Part shown: positions 11,686-25,384 of the stretch, piece after piece | How positions within the stretch are numbered: position 1 is the first letter of the stretch | Layout: each line of letters begins with the position of its first letter | Assembly (NCBI RefSeq): GCF_964213995.1 | Contig: NW_027590139.1 | Coordinates: 992,001 to 1,056,000 of the forward strand | DNA: 64,000 nt | Source: Mustelus asterias | Taxonomy: Eukaryota | Direction of reading: 5' to 3' | Program-made: the position numbers and the translations under genes | The notes under the pieces: generated by a model | Told to the model about the DNA's origin: nothing | The model's input: the letters and a program-made list of their open reading frames with translations, nothing else | Databases searched by the model: none

Positions 11686-14600
11686 CGGGTTGTACCATCT
11701 ACTGCACAAGTGTTTGAAATCTAAGCCAATATTTTAAAAAAGTTCTAAAATGTCTATATTAATCCAGTGAACATGTTCCACTCACTCACAATGCTGGTGA
11801 TGCTATGCAATATTTCTGCTTATTTTAAACATTAATTACTTTGGTGATGGGCGGATTGGCTGGAATTTATATTAAAAATTTCTGTCAATGTTACATTTGA
11901 ATCTGTTGAAAGTGTTTGTAGAATTGAGCTGCTTCTGCAGGAAGCGGGGTTCAGCTTCTCAGTGATGCGTTTTTTCTGGTGAGGAGATTATGTATCTGGA
12001 TGACTTTAAATAAGTAAAGTTTGTGAAATAGTTGGGTGTTTCTGCATTGTTTCTGCATTGCTTAAACCCTCGGTGAGACTGAGCTGTTACACGCTTTGTG
12101 ATTGAATACGAACAGTCTGCGGGTTTGCAACTGCTTGACGCATGACTACAGGCAGAAATCAGGCAGGCTTTATTCTGTTTGTATTTTTAAAATCTTAAGT
12201 GATAATTGCAGGTTAAACTAAAGTACGGTTTATGCCACTCGTTCAGAACATAGTTTGTCACTGCATTCGCAATTTGGGGTACCTGCAATGCTAAATCTCG
12301 GAGACGTTTGATGGCTGGAGCTTTTACCATCCAAATGTTTAAATATGTTTGATACATGACCCAATATGAATTAAATGTGATAAAGTTTCAATACTAATTT
12401 GTTGGACACATTCCACCACCTCGCAATGCTATTGCTATTGTACTAGATTTCTGTTCAGTTTAATAGTTGGTTAAGAGCTCGTTTGCTAGATTCGACATTG
12501 AGATTTTCTTGCAATGTTCTGTTGAATGGATAATTGAGCTGCTTCTCCGTGAAATGGATTCATTCCCTCATGGATGTGTTTTCGTGTGTTTCTGTTGAGG
12601 AGACTCTGGTTCGGCCACTATGAATGTTTAAAATTTGTGAAATGGTTTGGTGTTTCGGCATTATTTCTGCATTGTTTTAGCTCGGTGGCACTGAGTGGTT
12701 AGACGTTTTCTGGTTGAATGCAAACAATCTTTGAGTTTGAAAATCCTTGGAGGGAGAAAACGAGCAGGTTTTGGAAAGAAACTAAAATAAAGATATCACA
12801 GCATTTTTATAAATGTTAACTAATGCTGACAAATTAAAGTAACCTTTCGACTTTTATCGAAAAATCATGACTTACAATGCTCATTCGGAAACTAAGTCGT
12901 TGCTGCAAACACAAACTTCTCATTAACAAGTTTAATTGCAAAGTTAATATAAACCAAACAATTATTAATCGGTAATATAACTCCATATTCACCTAAGATT
13001 ATTTTATATTAATATAATTTAGCATTAATCCCCTTTAATAGTTCTGTTGTGCTTTTCACTAACATGACCAGAAAATTTTCCAGACTGGAAATATTTATTG
13101 ATAATTCCAGAAATGACTTCAATGATAACATGCTGTTTCCACCGCAGCGCTCAATTCAACAAGATACTTTGCATTAATCGTTATATCCCAGATTAGTTCG
13201 CATTCACTGGAATACGTGTTTTGCACAATAAGACGTTTCTTTTTGGCAATTTTGGTATCCGATTTTTACATTTTTTTTCAGTGAAGTCGCAACCAGATTA
13301 TTTCTTCCAACTAATTTGTCATTGGATACCGAGATAATTAATTACTAATCTCATCTAAAAAATTGTGAAATGGTTTGGTGTTTCTCAATTGTTTTTGTAT
13401 TGTTTCAACTCATTAATACTGAGCAGTTACACGTTTTCTGGCTAAATGAAAATTCTTGTCGGGATAAAGCAAACAGGTTTCGGAAAATTAAAATAAATAG
13501 ATGTTAGGGCATTTTATTCATGTTAACTGATGCTTACATATTAATATACATCATGAATTACATACTGTGTCACTGTATCTCTCTTAGGGACATTACACTA
13601 CCCTGAATCTGTTATATTTGAGGTGCTCTTTTTCGGAAAAAATACATTTTTGCCCAGTTTTCGGGATTTGAGACAGACAGGGAGAGATAGTTAAAAGACG
13701 AAGGGAGTTTTGAAAGGAACGTCAGGTTAATTTAAAAATTTTCATTTTTGTTGTTGTTGTAATTTGACCTTTGATCAATTAGATTCAAACAGTTTGAATA
13801 CATTTGACAGCGTGAACAGAGTTTTCTGACAGGTGGAATTCGCTGACACTCAAGTAATTGTTCACATAATTGTGTTTAAATTGTAGTAAAGTGTCAACAG
13901 AAACTGGCTAGAAATTGACAAGTAAATACTTGAAATTCAAAAAGATTAATTTATATAAAAATATTATAATATCATAAATATTATAAAGATAATATTAGCT
14001 CTGCACTTAATAATAGCATAATGTCTCCCATTACTGCTGAACTCAGGCTAGAATTATGGGACGAATAAATGACAGAATAGAAGAATTGATTCTATCTGAA
14101 CCTGATGTTTAATTCTTATTAAATATTATAATGAAGAAAAAGTCTGGACTTATATTCTGCACCATGTTTTAGTGTTAGAGGAGATTTGAATCAATTGTCC
14201 TCTTTGTGTTTGCACTGTTTAATTCAGATCTTCTTTAATTAAACAATATGTTCACTAATTAAGTTATATGGATGGTCTAAATTACTAAATCGAGGAAGCA
14301 GTATTATTGATTTCAAACTGCCAGTCCGTTACAGTCTATACAAATTCAGAAGTACGCATTTTTAACACGTTTCTCTGTTACAATAAGACATTGGTAGTAA
14401 ACGTGAAAAGTAAAATATTACAATGTGATTAGATTTAAGTAAATGAATGACAGATGTCTGAATGTTTTCATTCAGTAATTTGAAATTATTGTTTAACATT
14501 GTCTAAGACTTAATTGTAACCTAATTATTTAACAATGTTAAAGGCAGAAGCACGTTTTGAATGATTGAAAACTCATTTTATTAGAGCGCAAATCAGCTGA

Positions 14601-15211
14601 CAGGAGAATTAACTGACAATTAACAATAACTTAAAATATAATATTGATGCTGATTAATTTAAAACAAAAGAACCTGAATACTGTACAGGCGTGCAAAATA
14701 CAATTAGTTTTAGAGAATATTTAATTGTATCGAAAATGAATTCAGAAACAAAACATTTCTTTACACAGCTATGCTCAGCTCGATAAAGTGTTTTGCCTTG
14801 CTTATTTTGTTCACTCTATTTAATTAAGAAATTAACTCGAATCAGATAATGATTTTCAATGTAAATGTTTCCCGATTTGTTTAATTCTGACTGTGTCACT
14901 GCATCTCTGTTAGGGACATTGAACTGTCCTGAACCTGTTATTTTTGATTGCTCATTTTCAGCAAAATTACATTTTTACATAGTTTTCGAGAAGTGAGACA
15001 GAGAAATAATTAAAAGTCGAAAGGAGTTCTGAAATGAATATCAGTTTAATTTAAAATAGGTTATTGATTTTCTGTTGTTGTAAGTTGACCATTGATCAAT
15101 TAGAATCCAACAATTTGAATGAAATTGACAGATTGAACAGATCTATCTGCTGGGCACTCGATTGTTGCACCGTTTATGTCTGTTCTGTTTCTGTGCGCGT
15201 GGTCACTGTGT

Positions 15212-17675
15212 TAGAACATAGAACATAGAACATTACAGCGCAGAACAGGCCCTTCGGCCCACGATGTTGCACCGACCAGTTAAAAAAAAACTGTGACCCT
15301 CCAACCTAAACCAATTTCTTTTCGTCCATGAACCTATCTACGGATCTCTTAAACGCCCCCAAACTAGGCGCATTTACTACTGATGCTGGCAGGGCATTCC
15401 AATCCCTCACCACCCTCTGGGTAAAGAACCTACCCCTGACATCGGTTCTATAACTACCCCCCCTCAATTTAAAGCCATGCCCCCTCGTGCTGGATTTCTC
15501 CATCAGAGGAAAAAGGCTATCACTATCCACCCTATCTAAACCTCTAATCATCTTATATGTTTCAATAAGATCCCCTCTTAGCCGCCGCCTTTCCAGCGAA
15601 AACAATCCCAAATCCCTCAGCCTCTCCTCATAGGATCTCCCCTCCATACCAGGCAACATCCTGGTAAACCTGCTCTGCACCCTCTCCAAAGCCTCCACAT
15701 CCTTCCTGTAATGTGGGGACCAGAACTGCACACAGTACTCCAAGTGCGGCCGCACCAGAGTTGTGTACAGTTGCAACATAACGCTACGACTCCTAAATTC
15801 AATCCCCCTACCAATAAACGCCAAGACACCATATGCCTTCTTAACAACCTTATCTACTTGATTCCCAACTTTCAGGGATCTATGCACACATACACCTAGA
15901 TCCCTCTGCTCCTCCACACTATTCAAAGTCCTCCCGTTAGCCCTATACTCAACACATCTGTTATTCCTACCAAAGTGAATTACCTCACACTTCTCCGCAT
16001 TAAACTCCATCCGCCACCTCTCGGCCCAACTTTGCAACCTGTCTAAGTCTTCCTGCAAACTACGACACCCTTCCTCACTGTCTACCACACCACCGACTTT
16101 GGTGTCATCAGCAAATTTGCTAATCCACCCAACTATACCCTCATCCAGATCATTAATAAATATTACAAACAGCAGTGGCCCCAAAACAGATCCCTGAGGT
16201 ACACCACTTGTAACCGCACTCCATGATGAATATTTACTATCAACCACCACCCTCTGTTTCCTATCCGCTAGCCAATTCCTGATCCAATTTCCTAGATCAC
16301 CCCCAATCCCATACATCTGCATTTTCTGCAGAAGCCTACCATGGTGAACCTTATCAAACGCCTTACTAAAATCCATATATACCACGTCCACTGCCTTGCC
16401 CCCATCCACCTCCTTGGTCACTTTCTCAAAAAACTCAATAAGGTTAGTAAGGCACGACCTACCTGCCACAAAACCATGCTGACTATCACCTATCAATTCA
16501 TTACTCTCCAAATAACTATAAATCCTATCCCTTATAATTTTTTCCAACATCTTGCCGACAACAGAAGTGAGACTCACCGGTCTATAATTCCCGGGGAAGT
16601 CTCTGTTCCCCTTCTTAAACAATGGGACAACATTCGCTAACCTCCAATCTTCTGGTACTATACCAGAGGCCAACGACGACCTGAAGATCAGAGCCAGAGG
16701 CTCTGCAATCACTTCTCTTGCCTCCCAGAGAATCCTTGGATAAATCCCATCCGGACCAGGGGATTTATCTATTTTCAGACCCTCCAGAATATCCTGCACA
16801 TCCTCCTTATCAACTGTAATACTGTCTATTCTACTCCCTTGCAACCCAGTGTCCTCCTCAGCTATATTCATGTCCCCTTGCGTGAACACCGAAGAGAAAT
16901 ATTGGTTCAATGCTTCACCAATCTCCTCCGGTTCCACACATAACTTCCCTCTGCCATCTATAACTGGCCCTAAACTTGCCCTAACCAACCTTCTGTTCTT
17001 GACATACCTATAGAACGCCTTAGGATTCTCTTTAACCCTATCCGCCAAAGTCTTCTCATGTCCCCTTTTAGCCCTTCTAAGCTCGCTCTTCAACTCCCTC
17101 TTAGCCAATCTAAAGCTTTCTAGTGCACTACCCGAGTGCTCACGTCTCATCCGAACATAAGCCTCCTTTTTCTTTTTAACCAACAAAGAAACTTTTTTGG
17201 TGCACCACGGTTCCCTAGCCCTACCAATTCCTCCTTGCCTGACAGGGACATACCTATCACAGACTCGCAGTAGCTGCTCCTTGAAAAAACTCCACATGTC
17301 GGACGTTCCCAGTCCCTGTAATCTCCTAGTCCAACCTATGTTTCCTAATTCTCTCCTAATAGCCTCATAATTACCCTTCCCCCAGCTAAAACCACTGGCC
17401 CGAGGTTCATGCCTATCCCTTTCCATCACTAAGGTGAACGTAACCGAATTGTGGTCACTATCACCAAAATGCACACCAACTTCCAAGTCTAGCACCTGGT
17501 CTGGCTCATTTCCCAGCACCAGATCCAATATAGCCTCACCTCTAGTTGGCCTGTCTACATACTGAGTCAAAAAACCTTCCTGCACGCTTTGAACAAAAAC
17601 TGACCCCTCTAACGAGCTAGAGCTATAACAATTCCAGTCAATATTAGTCAAGTTAAAATCCCCCATAACAATTGC
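15212..17675 (-). mobile_element. 5'-truncated CR1 LINE with intact partial ORF2 (15306-17666: C-terminal part of APE endonuclease plus RT)
   Basis: GDFN, SDH, PQGSVLGP and FADD motifs; (TTCTATG)n 3' tail at 15212-15232; located in the J-C intron. Confidence 0.95.
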
Positions 17676-18049
17676 CCTATGTTGGCACCAAGAATCTGCC
17701 TGACTGGTTATAAACCTTTTGGTTCCTTCCCCTGTATTTCAGGGAGTGAAAATTGATTTATTTCTTCAATAAACTTGTACCTGTGAGAAACGTGACAGGT
17801 TGACTTGATGTTTGACTCGGCGTCTCAGAAATGAGATCCCTGAAGCACATTGTGACAGTTAGAGAGAGCAGAAACGTCAGGCTGTAGAAAGAGATTTGGT
17901 TGATTTTTAACCAGTGATATACCGGCTTTGGGAACTTTGGATGAGCAAATGCAAAGGGAGGTTTACTGTATTGTATTCTATACTATAGCAGTCCCTGACC
18001 TGTTTAGTAGAACAGTTGCAGGGTCAAATTCGTTTGCATCTTATTCTTA

Positions 18050-18540
18050 ATTTCTAAAGGCAATTTAGAGTCGCTTGCAAAGCAAGAATTTTAAATATGT
18101 CCCTACATAATTGTTCCTTGGGAAAGAATTGATATTAAGTATCCTTGAATAACTGCAGTGCATATGCTGCAGGCATCCGCCGTGCTGTTAGGCAGGATGT
18201 TCCAGGATTTTGACCCAGCGACTGTGAAGGAACTGAGATATTGTTTCAAGTCAAGATGGTGTGTGTCTTGTAGGGGAGCTTGCAGGTGATAGTGTTCATA
18301 TGTGGCTGCTGCCCTTGGCTTGTTAGGATGTAAAGGCAGCGGGTTTGGACAGTGTTTTCTCTGGAGTCTTGGTGAGTTGCTGCAGTGCATCTTGTATAAA
18401 ATACACACTGCTGTCACTGCTTGTTAGTGATAGAGAGAGTGAATAGGGTGACTGAGGGGGCGGGTAATCTTGTGGGTGGCTTTGTCCTGGATTGTGTCAA
18501 ATTTCTTCAGTTTTTACAAGTTTCGCTCATTGAGGAAAGA
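18050..18540 (-). mobile_element. Degenerate CR1-group LINE 3' end
   Basis: YKMHCSNSPRL and 'FTVAGSKSWN' tail shared with 56560-56690 and 58140-58240. Confidence 0.55.
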
Positions 18541-18709
18541 GGAAATTATTCAATTGTGACTGACTTGTGAAAGATTTAAATGTTTTTCCAACCCTTGGCC
18601 TGAGGTCCGTATTGTGCTCACTTGTCACTCCCATTTACTGTGTGAGTGGGTGAGTGTGTATGTGAAGTGAGGGTGTTTTTCCAGTCTGAATCAGCCAGAT
18701 AGAGACTTG

Positions 18710-20006
18710 CACACATCACACACTCTCACACACATAAATACACACATACACATTCTCATAGTCTCTCACACATGCCCACATACATATTCACACTTACTTT
18801 CTCTCTCATCCGATCTCTCTCACACGCCCATACACATTCTCTCTCTCACATAAACTCTCTCAAATACAAATACATACATACTCTCGCTCTCTCAATCAGT
18901 CTCTCATACCACCATACACAAAAGCACTCACACGCACACCCCCGACACACATTCTCTCTTACGCACAGCCACACACTCTCACATAAGCACAGTCTCACAC
19001 TCTCGCATACGCACTCTCACATGCATTCTCTCTCCCACACTCTGTCACACACGCTCAAGCTGTCTCACATTTATTCACACACGCTCTCACAATTCCTCTT
19101 GCACACACGCATCTCTCTCTCTCTCTCAAGCACACGCATATATTTCTATATCTCTTGCACACACTATCTCACACCTGTACATTCTTGCTCTCACACACTG
19201 GCTCTCTCACAAACACTCTCTCACAAGCAAAGACTCACGCACGCACTCTAACACACACTCTTCCGCACAGACACAGTCTCTCACATAAGCACAGTCTCGC
19301 GCACACATTTTCCCTCACACACACACACATGCACTATCCCTCTCACATTCCCTCTTCCGTGCTCTCACTCCATCTCACACTCATTTGCATGCTCGCTCTC
19401 TCTCTCATACGGACACTTGCACACGCATTCTCTCACACAGGCGCATTTTTCTCTCTCTTTCACCCGCTCACTCCCTTACACATTGTCTCACACACGCACA
19501 ATCTCGCTCTCAAACACTGTCTCTCACAAACACCCTCTCTCTCTCACACGCACACAGTCTCTCCGTCTCTCACACATGAACACACATGTATACACAATGT
19601 ATCTCTCTTAAACACGCCACTTATCACAGACACATGTTCTCGCAACCGTTATTTCACTCACACACACTCACGCATCCACTCTGTCTAATTTTCACAGTTT
19701 TTCTCACTCACACACACTCTCCCCGCCCCTCCACGCACGCACACACACACACGCACACACATATACTTTGAAGAACAGAAAAATACTCTCACACACATAA
19801 AAAATAACTCTTGAAACACACACTGTCTCTCGCACACACGCATTCTCTATCTCACATATCCTTTCTCTCACGCGCACTCTCTCCTCTTGTACACACAGAC
19901 CACTTTCTCAAACACGTGCAAAACACTCATGTGTCTGACACTCTAACACACATAAACCATACACAACGTCTCTCTCGCACAAAAAATCTCTCTCTCTGTC
20001 TCACAT

Positions 20007-20042
<36 letters not shown>

Positions 20043-20625
20043 ACAGACACACGCACACACACACACACACTCAAACACATTGCTTCTATCACCCACACAC
20101 ATTGCGCATATCTTTCTCACTCACACACAATCCCATGCACACTTTCACACACTCATGAACATATTAATTTGCTTTCCAATAGGCACTCCCTCTCACACAC
20201 ACTGTCTTTCACATGAACACAACACTCTCTCCCACACACACACACACACACACCCTCCCTCAAGCACACACACTATCTTTCATAGATACCGTGTATCTCA
20301 TATAGACACACTCCTTTTCACATAAACACACACTCAATCACACACCGAAGTACTCTCTCACACAGACTGCCCACACACACACTTTCAAGAAGAGACACAC
20401 TCTCACACACCAAGAATAACTTTCCAATCACACATTCTCTCTCTCACACACGTTATCTCACACACCCTTTCTCTCACGCACACTCTCCCCTCTTGCACAC
20501 ACAGCCCACTGTATCACACACGTGCAAACACAGTCTATCACACACAGGCACCCTCACACATACATCCACCCTCTCTCTCTCTCACACACATCCAAACACC
20601 CTCACACACTTTCCATCTCACATAG
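18710..20625 (+). repeat. CA/CT-rich low-complexity tract
   Basis: Long imperfect (CA)n/(CT)n mosaic. Confidence 0.95.
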
Positions 20626-20659
20626 TCAGAGTGATTGTCCTTGACATCATAAATAGAAG

Positions 20660-20955
20660 CATAGGATCCTACAGTGCAGAAGGGGGCATTCAGCCCATCG
20701 AGTCTGCACCAACAGCAATCCCACCAAAGCCCTATCCACATAACCACATGTATTTACCCTAACTAGTCCCTCTGACACTAAGGGGCAATTTAGCACGGCC
20801 AATCCACCGAACCCGCACATCTTTGGAATGTGGGAGGAAACAGGAGCACCCGAAGGAAACCCAAACAGACACGGGGTGAACTTGCAAACTCCACACAGAC
20901 AATGAGCCAAGTCGGGAATCGAACTGTAAGGCAGCAGTGCTAATCACCGTGCCAC
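20660..20955 (-). mobile_element. HE1/V-SINE
   Basis: Head-core-tail match to the other copies in the window. Confidence 0.8.
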
Positions 20956-21544
20956 CCCCCGCCCCCCAACCCCCCGGTAGCATTTGAATGAGGATGGGAT
21001 CGAGGAGCCCGAGTAAAACTCAAGTCAATAAGAATCGGCGGGAAATTCTTCTCTGTTCGGAGTCATACTTAGCACAAAGCAAGATGGTGTTGGTTGTTGG
21101 AGGTCAAACATCTAAGTTCAGATTTCACTGCAAAAGTTCGGCAGGGGATTGTCCTGGGACCAACAATCTTCTACTGCTTCATCAAAGACATTCCATCCAA
21201 CATGAGGTCAGAAGTAGAGATTTCCATGTGTTACACCGGACAGAAAGACACAATAAGTAAGAAGGGACTTGGCTGAGACCAAGGCCGCCTGGCTCCCCAA
21301 TACTGGTGTAAACTTGCTGTTTGATTCCTGTGCGAGCCATTCTGGTTTCGCTGTAAGCTTCCCTTCCAGCTCCCTCAGTCTGTCTATTTATTAACTGATA
21401 CGTGATTCTTAAAGAAAGACACCGACATTAACCAGCTGCCCGGTGATCTACACTGCTGCCTGACTTTACACAGCCCTGTTACAGAAAGCTGATCAATGGA
21501 GACAATCGGGAAAAGATCGATGGAGAGGAAGAGGTGGAGGTGGC

Positions 21545-23140
21545 CCACTGACTCTCTCACCCCCGCCCACACTTCCTCACTCACCCTCAATCTCTCATCC
21601 TCACTCAAAGAACTTCACTCACTCACCCTCACTTACCCACCATCCTTCGCTGAAACACTCTCACTCACTCATCCCCTCTCACTCATCCCCGCTCACTCAT
21701 CCCCACTCACTCTCCCTTGCTCACTCATCCNNNNNNNNNNNNNNNNNNNNNNNNNNNNNNNNNNNNNNNNNNNNNNNNNNNNNNNNNNNNNNNNNNNNNN
21801 NNNNNNNNNNNNNNNNNNNNNNNNNNNNNNNNNNNNNNNNNNNNNNNNNNNNNNNNNNNNNNNNNNNNNNNNNNNNNNNNNNNNNNNNNNNNNNACTCAA
21901 CCTCACACACTGAGCCTCACATACTCACCCTCACACACTCACCCTCAGAAACTCACTGATCCTCATTCACCCTGAGTCACTCACCCTCACACCCTCACTC
22001 ACTCACAAACATTCGCTCACTCACTCTCACCCATCCTCACTCACTCACCCACACTCACTCACACACCCTCACTCAACCTCACTCATTCAACCTCAATCAC
22101 ACATCCTGAGTCACTCATCCTCACACCCTCACTTACTCACTCACATTCATTCACCCTCATTCACTCACTCTCACACCCTCACTCACACACCCGCATTCAC
22201 TCACTCGCACTCACTCACCCTCAGACACCCTCATTTACTCACCCTCATTCACGCACTGTCACTCAGCCACCCACACTCACACACCATCACACACGCAACC
22301 TCACTCACCAACCCTCAGTCACTCACTCAGAGCCTCAGTCACTCACCAACACTCATACTCACCCTCATTCACTCACCCTACTTACCCACCCTCACTCGCT
22401 CGGTCTCACTCACTCACCGCACTTACCCACCCTCACTCATCCAGTCTCACTCACTCTCACTCACCCTCACTCACTCTCCCCACTTACCGACCCTCACTCA
22501 CCCAGACTCACCCCCACACACTCAAGCTCAATCATCCTCTCTCTTTCACTTACGCCACCTGACCCATTCAAACTCACTCAGACTCACGCACCTACATTCA
22601 CTCACACACCCTCACATACTCACCATCACTCAACTTCACCCACCCTAACTCACAGATGCTCAATCACTCATCCTCACTCAAACACCTTCACTCACTCATC
22701 CTCACTCACCCACCCATCCGCATTCATTCTCCCTCACGCACTCTCACACACCACCCCTAACAATACACCCTGACTCACTCACTCTCTCACCCTCACTTAC
22801 TAAGTCATATTCACTCCCTCACCCTCATTCACTCGCTCTCACTCACCCACCTTCGCTAACCTTCACGCATCCTCACTCACTCACCCTCATTCATTCATTC
22901 TCGCTCACCGACACTCACTCACCCACCTTCACTCACCCCCCCCCTCACACACCCTCATGTACTCACGCCCTCTCACCCTCACTCACACTTACTCACTCAC
23001 CCTCAATTACTCATCCTCACTCAAAGAATTTCATTCACTCACCCTCACTTATCCACCTTCCGTCACACACACCATCACTCATCCACTCTCACTCCTTCAA
23101 TCACTCACCCTCACGCACACACATTCTCTTACTCACACTT
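21545..23140 (+). repeat. (CTCA/ACTC)n-rich degenerate repeat containing an assembly gap (N 21731-21894)
   Basis: Repeated ctcactcacc units; run of N. Confidence 0.9.
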
Positions 23141-23269
23141 GCTAAACCTATGTGTGGAGGTCTGCAACGAGAGAGAAGAAAGATCTCAAGCGGCAGTTTG
23201 GTGTTCAAATGTGGGAGCTGCCCTGCGAATGCAGAGAGCTGGAGGGAATCCCTGGGGGCTCAGGGCCAG

Positions 23270-23960
23270 GGACAATGGCAAAGAGCCGGGGAGAACAGGA
23301 GGCGTGGTAAAGGGCAGAGAGCAGGGGGTGGGGGGGAGGGCAGAGAACCTGGGGAAAGGGCACACAGCCGGGCAACAGGGCAGAGAGCCGGGGGAAAGGG
23401 CAGAGAGCCAGGAGAAAGGGCAGAGAGCCAGGAGAAAGGGCAGGGAGCCGGGGGAAAGGGCAGAGAGCCAGGAGAAAGGGTAGAGAGCCAGGAGAAAGGG
23501 CGGGGAGCCAGGTGAAAGGCAAAGAACCAGGGGAAATGGCAGAGAGACGGTGGAAAGGGCAGAGAGATGGGGGAAAGGGCAGAGAGACCAGAGAACGGGG
23601 AGAGAGCCAGGAATAAGGGCAGGGACGCCGGGGAAACGACAGGGAGCCTAGGAAAAGGGCAAGAGAGCCCAGGGGTAAGGGCAGAGAGTCAAGGGGAAAG
23701 GGCAGAGAGCCGGGGGAAAGGACAGAGAGCCAGGAGAAAGGGGAAAGTGGATAGGGAGCAGGGACACCGGGCAGAGATCCGGGGGAAAGGGTAGGGAGCT
23801 GAGGGAAAGGGCAGATAGCCGGGGGAGAGGGCGCAAAGCTGGAGGGAAGTGTAGAGAGCCAGGTGGAAGTGCGGAGAGCCGGGTGAAAGGGGAAAAGAGC
23901 CACAGGGAATAGCAGAGAGCCAGGGGAAAGGGCAGAGAGTCGGGGAAAATGGGCAGAGAG
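23270..23960 (+). repeat. Purine-rich ~20-bp minisatellite (GGGCAGAGAGCCRGGRGAAA)
   Basis: Dozens of tandem units, strongly G/A-skewed on the sense strand. Confidence 0.9.
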
Positions 23961-24288
23961 TGGGTGATCGACGGGCGGAGTGAGGATGTGCAAAATAGAG
24001 CGAGCACCACAACCAGATCATCTGTAATCTCAGTGAATAATGGAGGAGACTTCAGGGCCCGAATGGCCAACTCTTGCTATTAATGTATGACCCTTCAATT
24101 AGTCAATGTTGCAATTATTTGAATTTGTAATCACATTGAGAGTTTCCTGGTCATTCAGTAAGTATTCATTCCGAAGGTAGTTTTGAAGCAAAGTCACTAG
24201 TCTTCGTTTTGTGGAGTGAGAGGCAGTGAGTTGGAGAGAGGAAGGGGCATCAGTTAGTTTGTACACAGGCAATATCCAAAACTACAAT

Positions 24289-24405
24289 GTGGAGATGCCG
24301 ACGTTAGGTTGGGGTGGGCACAGTAAGGAGTCTGACAACACCAGGTTGAACTCCAACAGGCTTATTTGGAATCGTGAGCTTTTGGAGCTCTTTCATCAGG
24401 TGAGT
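24289..24405 (-). mobile_element. Penelope-like short 3' remnant with degenerate hammerhead
   Basis: Reverse complement of the 31255-31379 family; core reads TCACCTGATGA..GAGCTCC.AAAGCTC. Confidence 0.6.
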
Positions 24406-24938
24406 GGCTGACATGAATGAAGAGACAACTTCTTCATCACAAAGTGCTGTTGTTTGAGAAATAGCTCGTGCCTGAAGTAATGGAGAAACTCTTTACACTT
24501 CTCTGTTAATCTAATGAATGGTATGTCATTACAATGACATCAAAATGTTTTTGTCTTTCCAATCTGATAGAGGTCGAGACAGTGATGTGAGTTTCTACAA
24601 AGATGGCGATTCTCAAATGATAGGAGTAACAGAAGCTGAAAGGTGTATGTAGGTCTTAACCGGGAAATATTACGTTAAGTTCATAATTCTAGACAAATCG
24701 TGATGTAGAAACATAGAAAATAGAAGCAGGAGTAGGCCATTCGCCCCTTTGACCCTGCTCTACCATTCACTTTGATCACAGCTCATCAATATCCTGACCC
24801 CGTCTACTACCCATATCCATTGATCCCTTTAGCCCCAAGAGCTATACCTAATATAGAAACTTACTTGTATAAATATGTTTGACTAATTAATAAACGCAAG
24901 TAAGAGTCTAACTTGTTGAATCGACTGTTCTTTCCCAG

Positions 24939-25238
24939 CGACACCGTCTCCGCCCACTCTCTACAGCCTCGTCTCTTCCTGTCAGCAACACAACTCCGCT
25001 GGCTCCATCACCTACGGCTGTTTGGCGATGGACTACTCTCCAGATGTCTCCAAACTGACCTGGAAGAAAAATGGGCAGCTGATCGCCACTGGATTTAAGA
25101 CTTATCCATCAGTGAGAAACACGAAGGGAACCTATACCCTGAGCAGCCAGTTAACCATCACCCAGTCAGTGGGAGAGTGCAGCAAAATCGACTGTGAGGT
25201 TCGACACAGCGACTCAGTCAAGAGCATTGGAATGCAAT
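24939..25238 (+). CDS. IGHM: IgM constant exon Cmu1
   Basis: (A)[14 protein letters not shown]...[10 protein letters not shown]...WKKNG...SSQL...CEVRH; AG/GT boundaries; 300 nt. Confidence 0.96.
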
Positions 25239-25384
25239 GTAAGTGTTGTGGAACTTGGGCAAGACAGGAACGCGCCGATTGAACTGTATAAGGCCTTAGT
25301 TATAACTGATCTGTAACATTCTGAAAAAAATTGAATTATGCAAACTCCAAGTAAGTGTCTCCTGACTGAAAAGTTGTTCAGAAC

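Noticed and set aside
15306-17666. Autonomous full-length LINE or domesticated RT gene
   Set aside because: 5'-truncated within the endonuclease; no ORF1 or promoter; ordinary CR1 tail.
15148-17857. Solo LTR split by the CR1 (TATAAA, AATAAA, ends in TGTGACA)
   Set aside because: No convincing 5' TG with a matching TSD found.
18772-23993. Many His/Thr/Ser- or Arg/Glu/Gly-rich ORFs
   Set aside because: Artefacts of CA, CTCA and purine repeats and of the N gap.
25170-25238. Extra cysteines in Cmu1 as a novelty
   Set aside because: I recall similar Cys in other shark mu chains and cannot show that it is unusual.
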